A stretch of 64,000 nucleotides of DNA from Phycisphaerae bacterium (GTDB lineage Bacteria > Planctomycetota > Phycisphaerae > WQYP01): the NCBI GenBank assembly GCA_049977145.1, contig JBMFGW010000005.1, positions 39 through 64,038 on the forward strand. The letters run 5' to 3'. Below the pieces are notes generated by a model. It was given only the letters and a program-made list of their open reading frames with translations. It made no database searches and was not told the origin of the DNA. Positions 57,528-64,000 of the stretch are shown here, in pieces. The first letter of the stretch is position 1, and every line of letters begins with the position of its first letter. A program made the position numbers and the translations under genes.

Positions 57528-60503
57528 TTATTTTATAAAATACCCCGAAGCCTTCCACTTTCCGTCTTTCGCCAAGACAAACGTGACCGTTTCAATTGCG
57601 GTTTTTTTGTTGGCAAACGAAGAAGCAAATTGCATGACAACATAGTGGCCATCTGGCGCGCCGGGCAATGTAGTTACCTGCGTTGCGGACTTCAATTTGC
57701 GCGAAAGCAGACTTCCCAGTGGCTTGCGAAACGCATCCATTAAGCGAATCCATTTCGCATCCGATACGCTATGCCGGAAGAACTTTGACGCCGCAGCCCA
57801 AGCTGCGGAATATTGCCCGCGGTCAGTCATCGCCAGCCACCCGCGCGCCGCCGTCACAGCAGGTTGATCGGTGTTCGCCACAGTGGCCGCGGGGCCGGTA
57901 CCCGGAGGATTGGGTTCCAAGGCGACGTTGTGAAAAGTAATTGTGTGGATAGGGCGGGTAACAAAGCGAAACCATTGAATCGCGGATTTACCGTCTGGGA
58001 ACCGGAGCCGCAGCCATACCCGCCCGGGCGCTCGTGGAGAGGACCCTCGGCCACACAGATATTCCCCAATCCAGCCGCCGTCGCCCAACGGCACCGACAA
58101 CGGAGCCGCCTCTCCCGCGTTCAGGGCACCGTAACTTGTGGGTTCGGGAAACACCCACTTTCCGCGATTGTTAACGGCAATAAGGGTCCTTTGCTCTTTG
58201 GCCATAGCCTTCAGCGGCACAACCATGTCGAGGGTGTAGCCCCCATAATTCGTATTGATTCCAATCATGGTGACTCCGGCTATGGTTCCCAAGAGGGGCA
58301 TTATGTTGATGCCGAGCTGCCCCCATGCCGAAGGGCCGAACCGTTCAGGCTCGGAGCGGTCGTACTGCCACTTCCCTCGCGCCACGCGCACGACGAGCTT
58401 CGCCCTTGCGAGTGCGGGGCCTTTTATGTTCCGAAACTTCAATATCATCCATGCTCCCCGCGAACCAGTTGGGTAACGCATTCTCCAGTCGCATAGCTTC
58501 CCGACGGCACCGGAGATGTGGCAATTGATCGCGGAAGCGTCATCCGTATTGCGGGGCGCCCGCCACTTCGCCGACGCAAGTATAAATGCCAAGCAGGTTG
58601 GTGCTCTACCGCGGGACCGCAGGGATTGGTAAGGAAAGTCGGGGCCAATAAGGGCTTTAATTCCCGCCAACAACGCGGGGGTCCCGATTGGCTTGCCGTT
58701 CGGGCTCCACGCCCCCGCCACCGTGGCAGTAGCGCGCCTAAGAGACACAACGTTCCCCGACCGGATTGAAGCTTGGGCCATGCCGCTTTGCTCTCTCACG
58801 ATGTAGTGGAGCGTGAGCCTCCCGGAATCGGAGTTGGACCGGGGAACCGGCGGGAGGCTGCTCTCCGCCACCGCGACCTGGGGTGATGGAACCAAGTGCC
58901 ATCTCGGAAACGGGATATAGGGAGCAATGATCGCTGCGACCGAGAGAGCAAATACACATGCCGCAGCCGCGAAAAATGCCGCGGCCCAATAAGGAAGAAG
59001 CTTCCCCGATAAAATATTCCTCAAGCCGATAAACGCTAGAACATCCAGTGCTAATGCACAGGCGAGGGCGTTCAAAAGCAGATGCGCTTGCGCCGGCTGC
59101 CAGAAATTCGTAAGGTAGCGAGTCGCAGAGCAAAGAGCGGATGCACGCTCAAATTCCTTGCCATTTAAACTCATGAATACCTTCCCAGGCCTTGTTTTCA
59201 TGAACCAGAAATGGTTGTCAATATGCCGCGCCAACGGGGGAAGCCAATAGATCAGATAGGCCGCTAAGAGGGCTAGCAATACGGTGTGAATAATGAGCAT
59301 ACGGTGTGAATGCGGCTTGGCCGAGCCGGTTGGGTCGTCCGGCGCCAGGCCGCGCGGCCGCAAGCGCGGTTGGGAGGGCGCGGATGCCCTTGTGCCCGGA
59401 AGTTCCGATGTTCCCACTACTGTCGCCACTTGTGTCTTTATTTCACTGGCGTGTTGATAACGCTGTTCCGGTTGCTTTTCCAATGCCCGCAACACAATTT
59501 CATCCAGCCGCACATCAATGGCGATTTTCTGCGATGGCGGAACAATCTGCTTCCCCGGCAACTCGCCGGTGAGCATCTCATAGAACACGACGCCCAGGGA
59601 ATAAATATCGGCCCGATGGTCTACGGAATCGGATTGGGCTTTCTGCTCCGGAGCCATGTAACGCGGCGTGCCGAGAATTTTTCCCGGTGCGGTACATTCT
59701 CCTGCTTGATCCGCTCCGACCATCCCTTCCTCCACACCGCTGTTTGCGCCAACGCTTTCGCCCGGTCTTTCCTCCGGTACTTCACCCATTTGCCCAATGA
59801 GCTTGGCTAGGCCAAAATCGGCGATCTTCACCTGCCCCTTTCGGTTAAGCAGGATGTTCTCCGGCTTAATATCCCGGTGCACAATTCCGTGGTCATGGGC
59901 GAACTGCAGTGCTTCACAAATCTGCGGGACAATGGCCAATGCTTCATTGGCCGATACGCCGCCCGTGTTGAGAATTTGCCGGAGGCTGCGACCATCCACA
60001 AACTCCATCAGGAAGTAAAACAAATCATCGGCGTGGCCAAAGTCATATATGGCGACGATATGCGGGTGATTCAATTTAGCCATGGCCTGGGCTTCACGGG
60101 CGAATCTTTGGGTAAAGTCGGCCTCCCGCCCGATTTCCGGCGGCAATATTTTCAATGCCACCACACGGTCGAGACTGGTTTGCCGGGCCTTGTAGACTGC
60201 ACCCATGCCACCGCGCCCGATAAGCTCATTTATTTCCAATCCGGGAAACCGCAGGGCCAATTCCGCGGGCGTTGGTGGCACCCACGCCGGCCTGCCGGTG
60301 GCCATGCCTTCCGACGCCAGCGTATTGGATTCCAAGCCGCGCTTAAGCAGACAGCCCGGGCAGTCGCTCTCCTTCATTCCCGGCGACAGCCGGGTTCCGC
60401 AGACTGAACACACTGTCATTTCATCGCCCATGGTTCTACGACCTTCACCAGCGGTAAACCAGCCCGACGCATTGGCCCAGCACGCCAAGCGTCCGCCGCT
60501 CAA
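57528..60503 (-). CDS. Membrane Ser/Thr protein kinase with N-terminal zinc-ribbon, Hanks kinase domain, multiple TM helices and large C-terminal extracytoplasmic domain
   Basis: CSVCG..CPGC, then IGRGGMGAVYKA, HRDIKPENILL and DFGLAK, then hydrophobic helices, then about 450 aa of unknown domain. Confidence 0.85.
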   Translation of the reverse strand: MSGGRLACWANASGWFTAGEGRRTMGDEMTVCSVCGTRLSPGMKESDCPGCLLKRGLESNTLASEGMATGRPAWVPPTPAELALRFPGLEINELIGRGGMGAVYKARQTSLDRVVALKILPPEIGREADFTQRFAREAQAMAKLNHPHIVAIYDFGHADDLFYFLMEFVDGRSLRQILNTGGVSANEALAIVPQICEALQFAHDHGIVHRDIKPENILLNRKGQVKIADFGLAKLIGQMGEVPEERPGESVGANSGVEEGMVGADQAGECTAPGKILGTPRYMAPEQKAQSDSVDHRADIYSLGVVFYEMLTGELPGKQIVPPSQKIAIDVRLDEIVLRALEKQPEQRYQHASEIKTQVATVVGTSELPGTRASAPSQPRLRPRGLAPDDPTGSAKPHSHRMLIIHTVLLALLAAYLIYWLPPLARHIDNHFWFMKTRPGKVFMSLNGKEFERASALCSATRYLTNFWQPAQAHLLLNALACALALDVLAFIGLRNILSGKLLPYWAAAFFAAAACVFALSVAAIIAPYIPFPRWHLVPSPQVAVAESSLPPVPRSNSDSGRLTLHYIVREQSGMAQASIRSGNVVSLRRATATVAGAWSPNGKPIGTPALLAGIKALIGPDFPYQSLRSRGRAPTCLAFILASAKWRAPRNTDDASAINCHISGAVGKLCDWRMRYPTGSRGAWMILKFRNIKGPALARAKLVVRVARGKWQYDRSEPERFGPSAWGQLGINIMPLLGTIAGVTMIGINTNYGGYTLDMVVPLKAMAKEQRTLIAVNNRGKWVFPEPTSYGALNAGEAAPLSVPLGDGGWIGEYLCGRGSSPRAPGRVWLRLRFPDGKSAIQWFRFVTRPIHTITFHNVALEPNPPGTGPAATVANTDQPAVTAARGWLAMTDRGQYSAAWAAASKFFRHSVSDAKWIRLMDAFRKPLGSLLSRKLKSATQVTTLPGAPDGHYVVMQFASSFANKKTAIETVTFVLAKDGKWKASGYFIK

Positions 60504-60566
60504 CTAATCGCGCCCTGAAACATCTTCGCCCACCCCCACTTATACTGAAGCAAAAATCACAAAACG

Positions 60567-61310
60567 TTACAGCGATTGAATTAAAAATTTTATTTCGTCA
60601 TCCACTTCCGCCGGATCGGCCACGGTCTGCGCAATGTGGTGACGCAGAATTTCCCGGTATCGCCGGCGCAAACGGTGCATGGCAACTCTGGTGGCACCAG
60701 CGCTGATCCCCAGTGCTTCCGCTGCCTCCGTCATAACCTCAGAACCCTGGGCACCGGCCAGCGAAGCTTTAAGCTCTTCAAACACCGGCAAAGCTCCGCG
60801 TTGCTGATATTCCCTCTGCAGGCTCGCCATTACCTGATCCAGCACGGATAGTGCCCACTGACGTGCGAAAGCCTGATCCGGTGAGAGATCCTGCGCCGGG
60901 AGGTTATCCAGATCGCCATCTTTATACGCAATAGAAATAATTCGGACTTTTCCACCGCGCTTGTGAGCTTTGGCTTGGTCTCTCTGATTAGACAAAAAGT
61001 GTTTGACCGCGGTAAGCAGAAACGATCGGAACTTGCCGCGTTCCGGGTCAACGGTATTGAGAAATCGCTTTTCCAGCAGCCGGGAAAAGAATTCCTGCGT
61101 TAGGTCTTCAGCATCGGATGCACAGGCCGTTTGCCGTCGGATAAAAGCATAAACCGGCTGCCAGTACGCTTTAGCCAGTTGCTCCAACGCGGCCACGGTA
61201 CCGGTGGCCATTGGCTGCCCGGCGGCGGCCCGCACCAGGCTCCACCGCGTGGGCATAAAATCCGCCCTTGGGTTGGCAGAAGAGCCAGGATTGATGCTCA
61301 ATGATGTCAT
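60567..61310 (-). CDS. ECF-type RNA polymerase sigma factor (Planctomycete STK-associated type)
   Basis: Sigma-70 region 2 (DAEDLTQEFF) and region 4 HTH (EALGISAGATRVAMHRLRRR). Sits 63 bp upstream of the kinase on the same strand. Confidence 0.75.
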   Translation of the reverse strand: MTSLSINPGSSANPRADFMPTRWSLVRAAAGQPMATGTVAALEQLAKAYWQPVYAFIRRQTACASDAEDLTQEFFSRLLEKRFLNTVDPERGKFRSFLLTAVKHFLSNQRDQAKAHKRGGKVRIISIAYKDGDLDNLPAQDLSPDQAFARQWALSVLDQVMASLQREYQQRGALPVFEELKASLAGAQGSEVMTEAAEALGISAGATRVAMHRLRRRYREILRHHIAQTVADPAEVDDEIKFLIQSL

Positions 61311-61513
61311 CCACTTATCATATCACGGTCCGCGATATTGCAGTAGGCCAGTTGGTGTCACACGGCTTGCCGATGGTGTAAATGCCGTTGCGGGGACAAG
61401 TCATATCTGGCTGGGAATTTGCCCCGCGTGTCATAGCTTTTATGCGTAGCGGAAATGGCTACTGCCACAAGTAATATATTTGCCCCGGTTTAATGCACTT
61501 TCGCACATAGCCC

Positions 61514-64000
61514 CTACTTGGCGTCGAGCCAGTTGCCGGCCCAATGGACTTCCACTTTTACCGGAACGGTCAGGACGATGGCTTGTTCCATTTCCTGACG
61601 AACCAGGGTGGCAAATTCGTCTACTGCTGTGCGCTGACATTCAAAGACCAGTTCATCATGCACCTGCAGCAGCAGTTTTATTCTTGCATCATCATGGATG
61701 ATTCTGGCAATGCGAACCATGGCCTGCTTAATTAAATCCGCCGCCGAGCCTTGAATGACGGTATTGACCGCGGCTCTCTGGCCGAAGTTGCGGACCGATT
61801 GCTGGTGCGAGGTTATTTCCGGAATAGGTCGTCGGCGGCCCAAGATGGTGGTGACAAACCCATGTTGTTCGGCTTGCGCAATGCAATCATGGGAAAATGC
61901 GGCGATGCCGGGAAAGCGCTGTTTATACGCGGTGATAAAAGCTTCGGCCTGAGCTTGCGAGATTTTCAGCACCTGTTTGAGGCCAAAGGCGGTTTGGCCA
62001 TAAATAATGCCGAAGTTCACGGTTTTGGCCACGCGGCGCATATCCGAAGTAACCTGCTCGGGAGGAACGTGATAAATTTCCGTCGCGACAAACTGGTGAA
62101 TGTCCTGATTACGCGCGAAGGCGTCAATCAGCGCCGGTTCCCGGCAATAATGAGCCATGACACGCAATTCAATCTGGGAATAATCGGCGGCCAGGAGGAC
62201 GTTATCCAGGCCGTCGGCGATAAAGGCTCGACGAATTTCCCGGCCTTCATCGGTGCGGATGGGGATGTTCTGCAAGTTCGGATTGCTGCTGGAAAGCCGC
62301 CCGGTTTCGGCAACCGTCTGATTAAACTGGGCATGAACGCGACCGGTGCCGGTCGCTTCTTGAATTAACGAATCGACATACGTATTTTTCAATTTTCCAA
62401 GCTGCCGATATTCCAGCACCAGCGCCGGAACCGGGTGCTGATCCGCCAGTGATTCCAGCACATCCACGTTGGTGCTGTAACCGGTTTTGGTCTTTTTTCC
62501 GCTGGGCAGGTGGAGTTTCTCAAATAGAACTTCAGCAAGCTGTTTGGGGGAATCCGGGTTGAAATCACTCTGGGCCGCTTCCATGATTTGCCGCCGCAGA
62601 GAATCAATTTTCTTCCCCAGTCGAATGCTTAAATCGCCGAGGTGTTGCGTATTAACTTTGATGCCGGTGGCTTCCATCTGCGCGAGAATTTCCACCAGCG
62701 GCATTTCCAACTCAAAAAGCAGTCTGTCCATACCCATGGATTGAATCAGCGGAAACAGCACCACCGCCAGACGATACGTGACATCCGCATCTTCCGCAGC
62801 GTAGCGCGTGGCACGGTCGAGCGGCACATCCGCAAAGCTGCCCTGCTTGCTGCCGGTACCGATGAGATCGGAAATGGGGATGGGCCGGAGCTTGAGATAA
62901 TCCGCAGCCAGAGAATCCATGGACAGGCTTTGCCGTGCGGCATCCACCAGATAACCGGCGACCATGGTATCAAAATAAATGCCGTCCAGCGGCATATTAT
63001 GGCGGCGCAAAACGTGCATATCATATTTTAAATTCTGCCCGATTTTTTTTATGCTTTTATCGGCCAGCAGCGGTGCTAAACGCGCCGAAACGTCCGAAAC
63101 CGAAAGTTCACAACCCGGCCCCATCACGGGGATATACCAAGCCAAAGCTTCTTTAGCGGCCAAGGACACGCCGCACAACCGAGATTGCAGAGCGGAAAGT
63201 GAATCGGTTTCCGTATCCACCGCCAGCCAGCGGTCGGGGTTGGCAGCCAGCAGTGCATGAATTTCTTGCAGCATGGCTTCCAGAGCGGAAGGGCTGTTGA
63301 CCAGACGATAATCACCCTGCACTTCCCGCAGTTCCGCTGGTGATGCCGATGGCGACTGCGAAGGTGGATTGGGGGATAATTCCGCCGACGCGCTATCCGG
63401 CGCATCAAAAAGACCGTTCGGTGCGGCGGAGGCAGGTTGCTTAATGGCAACGGCACCCATTCGAACCGATGGTTTTACAGCAATAGCCGTTGCCTGTACG
63501 GGAGTAATGCCGAAGGCCTGTTGCGTTTGTCTTAGTACCGGCAGAAGGCGTTGAAATTGCAATTCGTGAAATACACTTTCCAAGTTAGCCAGCGAGCCAG
63601 GATCAAAATCTGCGGTTGGTAACTCCAACGGAACGTCATACTGCAAACGCACCAGTTGTCGGGATTGGGCCAGAAGCGGCAAATTATCGCGTAACGCCTG
63701 GCCGATTTTTCCCGGAATTTCACCGACATGCGCGATGAGATTGTCCAGATTGCCGAATTGGCTGATCCATTTGGCGGCGGTTTTGGGGCCGACACCAGGA
63801 ATGCCGGGGATGTTATCCGCGGTATCACCAGTTAATGCCAACACATCGCCAGCCTGCTGCGGAGAATAGCCTTTGCTTTGGATTAAAGCGGCGGCATCAA
63901 TGGTTTCAGCGGTTTGAATGTCATAGAGGCGAACATGATCGCCGACAAGCTGATCGAGGTCTTTATCGCGTGAGCAGATAAAAATATCCGGTGGCTGGGT
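61514..64000 (-). CDS. polA: DNA polymerase I, 3' portion (N-terminal 5'-nuclease region continues beyond window end)
   Basis: GDTADNIPGIPGVGPKTA (5'-nuclease HhH), 3'-5' exo-like region, and polymerase motifs A (DYSQIELR), B (RRVAKTVNFGIIYG) and C (QVHDELV). The reading frame is open past 64000. Confidence 0.9.
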   Translation of the reverse strand, partial: TQPPDIFICSRDKDLDQLVGDHVRLYDIQTAETIDAAALIQSKGYSPQQAGDVLALTGDTADNIPGIPGVGPKTAAKWISQFGNLDNLIAHVGEIPGKIGQALRDNLPLLAQSRQLVRLQYDVPLELPTADFDPGSLANLESVFHELQFQRLLPVLRQTQQAFGITPVQATAIAVKPSVRMGAVAIKQPASAAPNGLFDAPDSASAELSPNPPSQSPSASPAELREVQGDYRLVNSPSALEAMLQEIHALLAANPDRWLAVDTETDSLSALQSRLCGVSLAAKEALAWYIPVMGPGCELSVSDVSARLAPLLADKSIKKIGQNLKYDMHVLRRHNMPLDGIYFDTMVAGYLVDAARQSLSMDSLAADYLKLRPIPISDLIGTGSKQGSFADVPLDRATRYAAEDADVTYRLAVVLFPLIQSMGMDRLLFELEMPLVEILAQMEATGIKVNTQHLGDLSIRLGKKIDSLRRQIMEAAQSDFNPDSPKQLAEVLFEKLHLPSGKKTKTGYSTNVDVLESLADQHPVPALVLEYRQLGKLKNTYVDSLIQEATGTGRVHAQFNQTVAETGRLSSSNPNLQNIPIRTDEGREIRRAFIADGLDNVLLAADYSQIELRVMAHYCREPALIDAFARNQDIHQFVATEIYHVPPEQVTSDMRRVAKTVNFGIIYGQTAFGLKQVLKISQAQAEAFITAYKQRFPGIAAFSHDCIAQAEQHGFVTTILGRRRPIPEITSHQQSVRNFGQRAAVNTVIQGSAADLIKQAMVRIARIIHDDARIKLLLQVHDELVFECQRTAVDEFATLVRQEMEQAIVLTVPVKVEVHWAGNWLDAK

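Noticed and set aside
1-64000. CRISPR arrays, rRNA genes, prophage or integrase at the tRNA-Arg site
   Set aside because: No regularly spaced direct repeats with unique spacers were seen. Genes downstream of the tRNA are housekeeping (recQ, pat), with no integrase or repeat of the tRNA 3' end in view.

Overview
The window is about 57% GC and reads like chromosomal DNA from a PVC-superphylum (Planctomycetota-like) bacterium; that assignment is an inference. It rests on four things: an Hc1-type histone-like gene, an ECF-sigma/Ser-Thr-kinase cassette, AsmA-like proteins, and several giant secreted or membrane proteins of unknown function. The content is mostly housekeeping genes. Recognisable genes include queD, a Nox/CoADR-type FAD oxidoreductase, thiL-tsaE, argB-argF, a nitronate monooxygenase-like gene, fcl, trpE, an SDR and an incomplete peptide ABC importer. 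Further along are an orphan imuA-like gene, an SGNH hydrolase, carA, a cytochrome c and msrB, then an AsmA-like gene coupled to an ArsB/NhaD permease, a ClC channel with CBS domains and a Met/His-rich lipoprotein. An asd-truA-glycosyltransferase operon follows, then a 777-aa unknown, an AspA/FumC-family lyase and a 1197-aa membrane protein. After one tRNA-Arg(CCT) come recQ, a Pat-like acetyltransferase, a SWIM-SNF2 helicase, an hc1-like gene, tilS, floA, aroK, fucU-rhaB, a small-ORF/nucleotidyltransferase pair and an orphan MalK-like ATPase. The window ends with an ECF-sigma plus membrane Ser/Thr kinase cassette and the 3' part of polA. The window starts inside an IS element: a partial DDE transposase with tandem subterminal repeats. 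I found no rRNA, no CRISPR array and no prophage. No single compact system stands out as clearly novel. The strongest leads are listed here. (1) An orphan imuA-like gene preceded by a triple GTTA-N7 direct-repeat operator. (2) A two-gene module, small ORF plus minimal nucleotidyltransferase, with a 13-bp tandem repeat at its 5' end. (3) A Met/His-rich lipoprotein next to ion channels. (4) A 347-bp intergenic region with a long-range inverted repeat upstream of thiL. (5) An AT-rich island driving a tail-less Hc1 homologue. (6) Two large uncharacterised proteins, one in the asd-truA-GT4 operon and one just upstream of tRNA-Arg.
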